A stretch of 46,705 bases of DNA from Nanobdellota archaeon (lineage in GTDB: Archaea; Nanobdellota; Nanobdellia; Parvarchaeales; Parvarchaeaceae): contig JAJZNK010000035.1 in the NCBI GenBank assembly GCA_021811735.1, forward strand, positions 1 through 46,705, written 5' to 3'. Position numbers and translations under genes: made by a program. The stretch's first letter is position 1; the number at the start of each line of letters is the position of its first letter. Shown piece after piece: positions 10,630-19,114 of the stretch. Below the pieces are notes generated by a model that had not been told where the DNA came from, did no database searches, and worked only from the letters and a program-made list of their open reading frames with translations.

Positions 10630-10687
10630 TGTAAAAATATTTAAACACATGTAATATTATAATAACATATGTTAAAGATAATTAACA
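10630..10687. promoter_or_regulatory. three tandem TGT-N12-ACA sites at 20-bp period across the promoter and start codon of the HTH-MNT antitoxin
   Basis: TGTAAAAATATTTAAACA (10630), TGTAATATTATAATAACA (10650), TGTTAAAGATAATTAACA (10670). Confidence 0.6.
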
Positions 10688-11193
10688 ATATGAAGCCATT
10701 CTTTGAGGATTGTTATGAACGAATAAGTGTTAGGAAATATTCGAAACTCATAAAAGTATCCCCACCGACTGCGTCCAAAATACTGAAGAAATACGAAAAA
10801 GAGGGATTACTGGAAGAATCGCAGTTTGAGAGATATCTTTTTTTCAATGCAAGGCGAAGTAACAAAGACTTTTTGGATCTTTCTAGGTTGTATTGGAGAT
10901 ATCAATTGTCGGAAATATTGGCGCTCATAGAAAAACGTTTGGTAACTGAGCCCGCAGTGGTGCTTTTTGGATCTCTATCCAAAGCAGAAGTCAAAAAAAC
11001 ATCCGATATTGACATAGCAATCGTGGGAACTAAAAAAAATGCCACTGTAATTAGCGCGGCCGAATTATCCGAATTCGAAAAAAGGCTTGGAAGAAAGATA
11101 GAAATATTTGAATTTGAATCATTGCCGAATTTAGCAGAGTTGCCTCTTTTTAAAGCAGTATTAAATGGGTATATACTTATGAACACCTTATGA
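10669..11193 (+). CDS. HTH + minimal nucleotidyltransferase (MNT) antitoxin
   Basis: N-terminal wHTH (ISVRKYSKLIKVSPPTASKIL); GS-x10-DID motif. Confidence 0.88.
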   Translation: MLKIINNMKPFFEDCYERISVRKYSKLIKVSPPTASKILKKYEKEGLLEESQFERYLFFNARRSNKDFLDLSRLYWRYQLSEILALIEKRLVTEPAVVLFGSLSKAEVKKTSDIDIAIVGTKKNATVISAAELSEFEKRLGRKIEIFEFESLPNLAELPLFKAVLNGYILMNTL

Positions 11194-11197
11194 GGTT

Positions 11198-11602
11198 ATG
11201 GACTGGAAAAACTGCCTGGATTCAGCAATTGCAAAGAAAATAACTCCTGATACAGAACTAATAAAATCTCTGTTAATCTCCTCGAGTAACAAGCTTGAAT
11301 CTGCCAACTTGTTAAAAACCAATGAAGTGACGGCAAGCTCAAAGTTTTCTCTGGCTTATGATGCACTAAGAGAAATATTGGAAGCCGTGGCGATAAAAGA
11401 AGGATATAAAATATACAATCATGAGTGTTATGCGTGTTTTCTGGGCGAGGAATTCGGTAAAAAAGATGAGGCTACAGAATTTGATTATTTTCGTAGAATA
11501 AGGAATAAGATAAATTATTATGGCGAGAACCTATCGGTTGAAGACATCTCTTCGTTAATAAAAAGAATAGAAAACCTGATTGAAACAATAAAGCACTTTT
11601 AG
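11198..11602 (+). CDS. HEPN-domain protein (putative toxin)
   Basis: AYDALRE, NHE, RNKINY; 4 nt downstream of the MNT gene. Confidence 0.82.
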   Translation: MDWKNCLDSAIAKKITPDTELIKSLLISSSNKLESANLLKTNEVTASSKFSLAYDALREILEAVAIKEGYKIYNHECYACFLGEEFGKKDEATEFDYFRRIRNKINYYGENLSVEDISSLIKRIENLIETIKHF

Positions 11603-11745
11603 AGCAATACTATCGCATCCCAGAAAACGGTTTTTATAGTTATTTAGAGATTACTGAGTTAACGCTAGATTGTCGTCTTTATTAACGTTAATATCGTCAC
11701 AACCAATGTTGATATGGCTGGCAAGAAGGATTTGTATACTTGCTA

Positions 11746-12011
11746 ATTTATAATAATTTCAGTATTTCCTACGACTCTTTCGGTACGCCGTACTCTCAGA
11801 AAATCCGATTCAGCTTTCGGGTAAACTATTAACTGCTTTCTCCTTCGTAATACTCTTTTAGAACCTCATTAGAGTTGTTCTCTATCTGTTGTTCTATGAT
11901 TTTTTCTTCTTCATCCATAGTTGGAATTAAATGCGTCCCTAATATAAAAACGTTAACGTCTACTTGTGACTGCTCAGGTGATTTTTCTAATATCTCTCTG
12001 AAATTCTTCAT
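11746..12011 (-). pseudogene. frameshifted remnant: 60-aa ORF 11829-12011 plus a continuation in another frame; possibly PIN/VapC-like
   Basis: VDVNVFI resembles the PIN DxNV motif; the downstream frame LIVYPKAESDFLRVRRTERVVGNTEIII is homologous to 10479-10556. Confidence 0.4.
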
Positions 12012-12079
12012 AAGCCATTTGTTCTCAAGTAACGATGAATCGCCACTGGCGACTCCACATGCTACTTTTCATCAAGTTT

Positions 12080-13477
12080 TTAATGCCGTTTATTGGATAA
12101 TCTTTTGTTGTGACCAGATACAACATCCGCATTTCTATAGTTGTTGGCGGTTATATACAGCATCAAAACCATCGCGGCTGTCGTCAACGCGACTCCTGCT
12201 GCCTCTACATACCATGATAAAGTTACAAGGTACACAAGCACTCCATCGGCGCTGAGAAGTATCCCTGCGAAAAAAAGATATGCGCTAAAATTCACATATC
12301 TGGAATCACGCTTTATGAACAGCAAAAAGCCAAGTAGCAGTCCAGCTAGGACAGGCATGAGGAAAAATGCAAACACGAGATGCGCATTCATATAAGCCAT
12401 ATCGTAGATGTATCCTGCTCCACCGTTTGGAGGTGCTCCCGGACTGCCGAAGCCATAATAGACCTCGTTGAATTCTATTATGTATCCGATGCCTATCATA
12501 ACAAACACGGTGGCTACCCATACAAGAAGTTCGGCTACTTGGATCAGTTTAATGCTCTTTTTTCTGGAAAGAACGAAGTAAATACCTACTACAGATATCA
12601 ACGCGCCTACTCCTATCAATCCCGTCAGGAAATCATCAAAGGCAAGGCCGTTCATTCCTCCAGATCCCGATGTGAACAATGTAGGTATGGAATATGTGCT
12701 GAATGAGGATATTATGTATATATAAGTCATTCCCACCGTGCCTATCATTGAAACGACCATGCCGATGTTTACCAGCCTTCTTTTCCCCTTGGTTAAATTT
12801 TCGTACCCGAAGCCAATAAGCGCCAAAGCGACTATCCCTCCCATGATGGCAGGAAGCATTTCGTGAGAATGTGATGTCAGAAGATTTACTAGAAAGGATG
12901 ATGTTCCTCCAATGGAATTCATGAATGAATTAAACAACGGAATCGTGCCGAAACCGTAAAGATAGCCATATTCATATATCATCCCCATAATTGTTGCGGC
13001 TCCTGCAGAAACAGTGGAGAACACTACGAGTAGATAAGCACCCCATATCTTTTTGAATCTTGCCTTGTCCCTGAAGGGGACTACAAGCAACCCTAAAAAG
13101 AAAAGAAAGGCAATGCCTAGCATCCATACGTCTCTCGCACCTTGGATTATATAATCCGCACCCTGTGTCGCCACGGGGTAGAATAAAACAAGACCTACAA
13201 TGTTTAAAATTAACAAGGGAACTGTGCTGACGCTTATGATTCTTGAGATCTTTTTGGGCAGCTTCAGGACAAAAGAGGCATAGATTATAAGTAAGAGAGC
13301 TAAGGGAATCATTACAGTGTGATAATAATTTATTGTATCGCGTGTAAAATCTCCTAGCTTGAACAAAGAAACCTCTGGAATCAGGGGACTTACTGCCACC
13401 ATAACAACGATGTAAAAGATAAGTATGAAAATGTTGAACTTTTCTCCCGCTAAAACCTTGATGCCTGTACTTGCCAT
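12080..13477 (-). CDS. 12-TM membrane protein with His at the start of TM2, TM6 (HxH) and TM10; candidate heme-copper-oxidase homology (HCOH-like) heme-binding protein
   Basis: 12 hydrophobic segments; YYHTVMIP, SHSHEMLPA, NAHLVFAFF; directly downstream of heme O synthase. The CDS is secure; the function is inferred. Confidence 0.6.
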   Translation of the reverse strand: MASTGIKVLAGEKFNIFILIFYIVVMVAVSPLIPEVSLFKLGDFTRDTINYYHTVMIPLALLLIIYASFVLKLPKKISRIISVSTVPLLILNIVGLVLFYPVATQGADYIIQGARDVWMLGIAFLFFLGLLVVPFRDKARFKKIWGAYLLVVFSTVSAGAATIMGMIYEYGYLYGFGTIPLFNSFMNSIGGTSSFLVNLLTSHSHEMLPAIMGGIVALALIGFGYENLTKGKRRLVNIGMVVSMIGTVGMTYIYIISSFSTYSIPTLFTSGSGGMNGLAFDDFLTGLIGVGALISVVGIYFVLSRKKSIKLIQVAELLVWVATVFVMIGIGYIIEFNEVYYGFGSPGAPPNGGAGYIYDMAYMNAHLVFAFFLMPVLAGLLLGFLLFIKRDSRYVNFSAYLFFAGILLSADGVLVYLVTLSWYVEAAGVALTTAAMVLMLYITANNYRNADVVSGHNKRLSNKRH

Positions 13478-13578
13478 CCTATGTCTTATACTGCCACGGA
13501 GATTATAATCCTCCTAATAGTAAGCTTACGTCTCTCTTTTTAATACTTTTAACACTTTCTGAATTATAGAAAACCCTG

Positions 13579-14442
13579 CTAGAAATAGATCACATTGAGA
13601 ATAAGCACTGTCAGCACGGCAATCAAGTAAATATTCAAAAAGTTGAAAAATGAGAGTGCTGCTGCCTTTGGTTTTATGAGAAAGACTGTAAGCAAATACA
13701 TGAATATTATGTTTAAGGCAATCATAAGCAGCATGGGGAACAATGATAAACCAAGTTCAAAAATCAATGCGAATGACAGAATCACAGCTGCTATGGAAGA
13801 CACTGCTATAGCACTGCCCCATACATTTTCCTTGAACACAGTAGGAAGCATGGGAATTTTCGCTTTCTTGTAATCTTCCGTGTACTTTACCGCCAGCGAC
13901 CATATGTGGGGTGGAGTCCAAAACAGCACAAACATGAACAGTAGAAAACCAACTAATAATGACGCCGAGTCTGCAGCGAGAAAACCGAACAGCACAGGTA
14001 TTGCGCCGGCAAAAGACCCCCATATTATATTTTGGTATGTTCTGGGTTTAAGCCAATAGCTGTAGATAAAGATATTATCGAATATACCAAATGTCATAAG
14101 TCCCAGAAACTGTAGTCCAAGCATAAAACTAAGGACAAGTGCCGTCGCAAGTAAAATCGTACCTATGCCTATCGCTGTTTTGGCGCTTATCTCTCTGGTG
14201 ACCAAAGGTCTGTGCCGTGTCCTGTTCATCACCTTATCAGCAGGCAGGTCTATGAGGTTGGTTATTGACTCGCACCCCGCTGTTCCACTCGCGAGAGCTA
14301 TAATAACTAAAATTAACCTGAATGTGTAGAATGAATGGGTTAGAAGACTTCCAAGGATAAAACCTAAAATAGCCGTGACAACTAACACACCCCAGAGTAC
14401 TGGTTGCGTCATCTTAAAGTAAGATATTGCCCGATTTCCCAT
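13579..14442 (-). CDS. ctaB: protoheme IX farnesyltransferase (heme O synthase, UbiA family)
   Basis: DKVMNRTRHRPL, YSYWLKPRTYQNIIWG, FWTPPHIWSLA, DYKKAKIPMLP. Confidence 0.95.
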   Translation of the reverse strand: MGNRAISYFKMTQPVLWGVLVVTAILGFILGSLLTHSFYTFRLILVIIALASGTAGCESITNLIDLPADKVMNRTRHRPLVTREISAKTAIGIGTILLATALVLSFMLGLQFLGLMTFGIFDNIFIYSYWLKPRTYQNIIWGSFAGAIPVLFGFLAADSASLLVGFLLFMFVLFWTPPHIWSLAVKYTEDYKKAKIPMLPTVFKENVWGSAIAVSSIAAVILSFALIFELGLSLFPMLLMIALNIIFMYLLTVFLIKPKAAALSFFNFLNIYLIAVLTVLILNVIYF

Positions 14443-14463
14443 AGTTTTTAATTTTACCGTTTT

Positions 14464-14850
14464 TTACTCCACGGATAATTTGGACTTTACCCAGTCCATA
14501 AATCTCTTGGACCTGACCAACAACAGATTCGCTTCTTTTTCGCTGCTAGATGTTTCTGTATACCCAAATTCGTTCCTTTGATCGAGTGCCCCAGCCAATA
14601 TATCTTTTTTGGATTCGTTATTTGATGCTGCTTGTACATGTAATTGTATGGCTTCATTGTGATTCTTACTGGCTCGTCTTCCAAGCATCGAAATACAAAA
14701 CGCATCGTTAGCAAGTATTATGGACTGTGCTGCATCGAATGCCGCCGCGTTTAACCTGCCTTTCTGATAGTTTTCCAGCGCGGAGTAATAGAATTCCTCT
14801 GATTTTCTTATAAATTTATCGGCTTCGGCTTTTCTCACTTCTCTTGCCAT
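14464..14850 (-). CDS. HEPN-domain protein (putative toxin)
   Basis: KSEEFY, NAAAFDA, ANDA, NHNEA, RNEFGY; overlaps the MNT gene. Confidence 0.82.
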   Translation of the reverse strand: MAREVRKAEADKFIRKSEEFYYSALENYQKGRLNAAAFDAAQSIILANDAFCISMLGRRASKNHNEAIQLHVQAASNNESKKDILAGALDQRNEFGYTETSSSEKEANLLLVRSKRFMDWVKSKLSVE

Positions 14851-15425
14851 ACTAATGCCTCCAGATCTTTTCCGTATAGTAATTTATATCCTGCAAAGAT
14901 ATTTATGGTAAATTCATTCCCTGCTTTGGCATCGGTAATAAAGCGTTTAATATTCATCGCAATTGGAGATATGTGAATGCCGGATTTTACAGTGATTGTG
15001 CTAGCAATATCAGATAACTTGTCTCTGTCGAGTGGCTTTTCATATAACACCAATAAATCTATATCGCTGCCTATTTTCAGACCTTTGACCGCTGAACCAA
15101 AAAGTACTATGCTCACAGGGTTTAGCTTTTTGCATTCCGATACAACTTCTTTTTCTATTCTATCCAAAAGTCTATTTTCCTCGTTGAATGCTGTCTTTAC
15201 ACTGTCTGCCACAAAATTTGATGAAAATGAATAAAGCATTGTATTTCCAATGGATTTCTCATACAGCATACCTTTATCACGAAGGTCCTTTAAACACTCG
15301 TTTGTCTGAGATTTGGAACTGTTCAGAATTCTTGAAATCTCAGAGCCGCTCAGAGATGTATTTCTACGCACCAATAATCCGATGATCCTAGTCTTTAATC
15401 TGGAATCGAATATTTGCTCAAACAT
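14835..15425 (-). CDS. HTH + MNT antitoxin
   Basis: wHTH (LSGSEISRILNSSKSQTNECL); LFGSAVKGLKIGSDID. Confidence 0.88.
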   Translation of the reverse strand: MFEQIFDSRLKTRIIGLLVRRNTSLSGSEISRILNSSKSQTNECLKDLRDKGMLYEKSIGNTMLYSFSSNFVADSVKTAFNEENRLLDRIEKEVVSECKKLNPVSIVLFGSAVKGLKIGSDIDLLVLYEKPLDRDKLSDIASTITVKSGIHISPIAMNIKRFITDAKAGNEFTINIFAGYKLLYGKDLEALVWQEK

Positions 15426-15476
15426 ACCTATATTACACTTTTTCTGACTTTTATATCTTTAGAAATATCAAACGAT

Positions 15477-15494
15477 TGTTCGATTTATCGAACA
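15477..15494. promoter_or_regulatory. palindromic operator-like site upstream of the HTH-MNT gene
   Basis: TGTTCGAT-TT-ATCGAACA, perfect 8-bp arms, upstream of a TATA-like element at about 15449-15456. Confidence 0.6.
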
Positions 15495-15595
15495 TCTAAA
15501 AGATTACTCTTTGAGAATTACTGATGCAAGGGGTTTCAATAAGAAAAAGCGTTGTGACAACGAATACGGTGGTTAAGTTCTTTCCCAGTCTACAA

Positions 15596-16354
15596 CTATT
15601 CTTTTAATTTTTCTGCACTGTTCCAGACCCTATTAAAATATCGTTTAAACCCATCGGTCATCCGTTCGTTATCTATGAGTATAGCCGTTGGAGAATTGCC
15701 CCACAATGTTATTACAGTTTTATCAGAGTATACTGAAATTACCAATGGTGTTTCTTCTTTGTTTGGTAATATCCGTAATTTTGTAAGTTTCTGTTTTTCA
15801 TATGTTTTTATAAATTCTATGGCATCGGCAAAAAGCACCATTCTTTGTCTTACCATCTGCCTTTCTCGCGCCCTGTTCCATTTCTTAAAAAATTGACGCA
15901 TAGGTAATTCTATGTTGGAAACGCCTAATACAAGTTCTTCATCGCCCTTCTTTAAGGAATTTAATATGTTATTGAAAACTTTTTCCACCCCGCTATAGCC
16001 CTGATAGACAAAAACATCCTGTTTTTGTTCTGGTTTTTGTGAATTTTGCATTTTATCAAGAATTGGTATAGCTTCTCTCGCTCGTCTCTCCAGATCCTTT
16101 GCAATCTCTACTAATTTAGACGGGTTTTCAGCCGCAAAGTACTTCCGTTTTCCGACCAGCGTATAATGAACAAGGCCGCGCTTCATAAGTTTTTCCAGAT
16201 TTGCATAAACAATTGAGCTGTAAAGCCCGCTATTATGGATTATCTCACCGGTTTTAGAACTGCCCAACTCTAACAGAGTCAAATAAGTTTTTGTTTCGGA
16301 TTCGCTCAGACCTAAAGCATTCAAAAGCGCGATTATTTGAATATTACTCTCCAT
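15596..16354 (-). CDS. TrmB-family transcriptional regulator
   Basis: LGLSESETKTYLTLL, VYANLEKLMKRGLV, YFAAENP, YQGYSG, terminal YFNRVW. Confidence 0.9.
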   Translation of the reverse strand: MESNIQIIALLNALGLSESETKTYLTLLELGSSKTGEIIHNSGLYSSIVYANLEKLMKRGLVHYTLVGKRKYFAAENPSKLVEIAKDLERRAREAIPILDKMQNSQKPEQKQDVFVYQGYSGVEKVFNNILNSLKKGDEELVLGVSNIELPMRQFFKKWNRARERQMVRQRMVLFADAIEFIKTYEKQKLTKLRILPNKEETPLVISVYSDKTVITLWGNSPTAILIDNERMTDGFKRYFNRVWNSAEKLKE

Positions 16355-16401
16355 AAAAAGAGAATAAATTCTTTATATAAAAATTTATCTCTCATAAAAG
16401 G

Positions 16402-17772
16402 ATGAGAGACAACACATCGCAGAAAAAAACAAATGCGAATAAGTTGGACGCTGTAATAGAAGTGACTGGACAGACCATATACAGAGCCCGCATCTTTAAC
16501 CCTGTTTCCCGCTCTGAATTCGAGGACATAGAGGATGGTGCGATAGAGGTTGACGAAAAGGGGAAAATTTCAAAAATTGCCAAGTTTAGTGAGTTTAAAG
16601 ATAAAAAGGCAAAGATAATAGATTATCGCGGCAAGATAATAATGCCTGGACTGATCGACTGTCACGTCCACTTACCACAATATGATATGGTTGCGATGGA
16701 TGGTTACGAACTTTTGAATTGGCTAAATGAATATACATTCCCTGCAGAAAGGCGTTTTGAATCGCCAAAATTGGCAAAAGACGCTGCCAGTAGATTTTTC
16801 CATGCGCTTAAAGCGAATGGCACGACTACTGCGGCAGTCTATAACACAGTGCACAAAAATGCTACCGACATCGCATTTGAGGAGGCCGAGAAATCCGGTT
16901 TAAGAGTATTTATGGGTAAAGTTATGATGGACCAGAATTCTCCGGATTTTTTGCAGGAGAAAACCGAGGAATCACTTTTAGAAAGCGAGGAATTGTGTAA
17001 AAAATGGCATGGAAGGGATAATGGACGAATAAACTATGCATTTACACCCAGATTTGCGCCGACGTGCAGTGAGAAACTGATGGAAGGGGTAGCAGATTTG
17101 GCGAAAAAATACAATGCATACATACAAACACATCTGTCTGAAAACCGCAGCGAACTTTCTTGGGTTAAAGAACTTTTTCCGCAGAGCAAGAACTACACTG
17201 ATGTTTATTATAATGCCGGAATACTCACGCAAAAGACCATAATGGCTCACAGCATATGGGTTAATCCTTCCGAATTGAAATTACTGGCTCAGACTTCAAC
17301 GAAGGTTGCACACTGTGCCAGTTCCAATTTCTTTTTGAAAAGTGGGATTTTTGACTTAAACAGTACTTTAGATGCTGGAGTGGATGTAGGCTTGGGTTCT
17401 GATGTTGGCGGAGGCCCGAACCTATCTTTGTTTAGAGAAATGTCGAACGCGTGTAATATGTCAAAAACCCGATACATACAAGAAAATGGCAGTACTAAAA
17501 ATCTAGATTCTATAGGCGCGTTTTATCTGGCTACAAAAGGAGGGGCGAAAGTATTAAGTTTGGACAAAGTAATTGGAGACTTGACTCCTGGGAAAGAGGC
17601 AGATTTTATAGTAGTGGACGCGACACTTGTTGACCCGCAAAACGGTGCGAAAAACAAAAGTGGGAAAGAAATTTTGTCACAATTGGTTTACCGTGCCGAT
17701 GACCGTGTTGTTTTTGCCGCTTATGTTAGGGGAAAGAATATCTATTCTGTCCTACAAAATATGAAAAACTGA
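16402..17772 (+). CDS. guaD: guanine deaminase
   Basis: PGLIDCHVHLPQ, LLNWLNEYTFPAE, TPRFAPTCS, QTHLSEN, GSDVGGG. Confidence 0.95.
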   Translation: MRDNTSQKKTNANKLDAVIEVTGQTIYRARIFNPVSRSEFEDIEDGAIEVDEKGKISKIAKFSEFKDKKAKIIDYRGKIIMPGLIDCHVHLPQYDMVAMDGYELLNWLNEYTFPAERRFESPKLAKDAASRFFHALKANGTTTAAVYNTVHKNATDIAFEEAEKSGLRVFMGKVMMDQNSPDFLQEKTEESLLESEELCKKWHGRDNGRINYAFTPRFAPTCSEKLMEGVADLAKKYNAYIQTHLSENRSELSWVKELFPQSKNYTDVYYNAGILTQKTIMAHSIWVNPSELKLLAQTSTKVAHCASSNFFLKSGIFDLNSTLDAGVDVGLGSDVGGGPNLSLFREMSNACNMSKTRYIQENGSTKNLDSIGAFYLATKGGAKVLSLDKVIGDLTPGKEADFIVVDATLVDPQNGAKNKSGKEILSQLVYRADDRVVFAAYVRGKNIYSVLQNMKN

Positions 17773-17824
17773 TTTGAATTCTCCATCGCTTGGAGAAATC
17801 TGCCTTTAGAACTATGACAATAAA

Positions 17825-17934
17825 AGGTGAGCGCGCGAGTCGAACGCGCCTACTTCGTTTACGGCTATGTTCCTAAAACGCTTAACAGCATTTGCCATTT
17901 GCAGACGAATACATAGCCGCTCTGTCAGCTCACC
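17825..17934 (-). tRNA. tRNA-Cys (GCA) with a 39-nt intron at position 37/38 (intron 17860-17898)
   Basis: acceptor stem GGTGAGC/GCTCACC plus U73; anticodon stem TTCGT/ACGAA; loop CT-GCA-A|A; T arm GCGCG-TTCGACT-CGCGC; mature length 71 nt without CCA. Confidence 0.9.
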
Positions 17935-17975
17935 ACATTATATAGATTATAACAGTGTAGTTTATATTGATACCT

Positions 17976-18374
17976 TTATTTAAGAATTATGGCTTTTTTT
18001 ACAATCCTTATGAATTCTTTTGCATTGCCTAAAAGTATTAGGGTGTCTTTTTTGCTGATATCTGCTAGAATATTATAAGAACTAACTTGTCTGCTGTCCA
18101 TAGCTTTACTAAGATATTTTGAAAATTTACTATCTAGCTTACCTGTCTTTACGTAGTACCTACTAAATTCGGATATGACACTTCTATGAGTTTTTGGTGG
18201 TTTTGCCCCCGCATTTACTATGGCACCGTTGGCACAGTAAAACATTGCATAATATGCTAGAGACGTAGCAACTCTGAACCTAGACTCATTGTAATTTGAA
18301 TATGCTCCCTCTAGCGTATCATCTGCCAGTTCTAAATAACTTTTAATCAGTTTCTCCGAATACCCATTTTCCAT
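17976..18374 (-). CDS. HEPN-domain protein (UPF0332-like)
   Basis: AYYAMFY, PKTHRSVISEF, RQVSSY; ATG at 18374 preferred. Confidence 0.9.
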   Translation of the reverse strand: MENGYSEKLIKSYLELADDTLEGAYSNYNESRFRVATSLAYYAMFYCANGAIVNAGAKPPKTHRSVISEFSRYYVKTGKLDSKFSKYLSKAMDSRQVSSYNILADISKKDTLILLGNAKEFIRIVKKAIILK

Positions 18375-18717
18375 ATAGTTTAACACCATCTGTTTTAACA
18401 TTGTCAATAAACGGCACTTTAAGCAAAACCTGTGCCGCCAGCTCTTTCAGCGTAATAAAAAACATTGAGATAAGAAATGAGAAATCGTTTTCTAACTCAA
18501 AATCCGTGGCAATTGTATAGATAGCATCCTTGAACGCCGGATTGTGCGCATAAGGTGTCACTATAAATAGATCTATATCACTACTTTTTTTAGCTTCTCC
18601 TCTCGAGACCGACCCATAAAGGAGTATAGAATCTATTTTATTCCCTAACCTAAAAGTTACTCTCTTTACAAATTCCTCTGCCATAGCTCGATATTCGGCA
18701 CTTATCGCCTCTGCCAT
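18343..18717 (-). CDS. minimal nucleotidyltransferase (MNT) antitoxin
   Basis: LYGSVSRGEAKKSSDIDL; overlaps the HEPN gene. Confidence 0.9.
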   Translation of the reverse strand: MAEAISAEYRAMAEEFVKRVTFRLGNKIDSILLYGSVSRGEAKKSSDIDLFIVTPYAHNPAFKDAIYTIATDFELENDFSFLISMFFITLKELAAQVLLKVPFIDNVKTDGVKLYGKWVFGETD

Positions 18718-18860
18718 GTCAATTAATAGCTGAATAAAGATTTAAACATTATTTGTTACTATCATTGAAGTAGATTCTGTAAACTCACGATAATAATATA
18801 AACTACTGTAGACATCATTGCCGGTCGACCAAAGGAAAGTATTAAAATATTTTGTCTATA

Positions 18861-19114
18861 TTATTGTGTGAATTCAGTAAAATCTGCCGCATGATTTGGT
18901 CTGAAATTAACGATTGCTATTATATCCTCCACATAAGGTCTTCCTTCCTATAAATCTTAACTATCTGTGCACTGCTTTTCTTTACGCCCAGCTTTCCGAA
19001 ATCTATCTTAAGTTTATAGGCCGGTTTTTTCGCGTTGGGAAAATCCTCAATGTCTATTATCCGTCCAGAACGCATGTCGATTGACTTGAAAACGTCAAAA
19101 TCCACTGTTTTCAT
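18861..19114 (-). pseudogene. csaA: CsaA/tRNA-binding OB-fold protein, frameshifted and truncated
   Basis: DMRSGRI...FPNAKKPAYKLKIDFG.LGVKKSSAQI stops at 64 aa; another frame continues IIAIVNFRPNHAADF (CsaA-like AVVNFPP) and stops at 18861. Confidence 0.75.

Noticed and set aside
12080-13477. Canonical cytochrome c/quinol oxidase subunit I or CtaA heme A synthase
   Set aside because: Lacks the HH pair and WxxxHPxxY, and lacks the CtaA ExxHR motifs; kept only as an HCO-homology candidate
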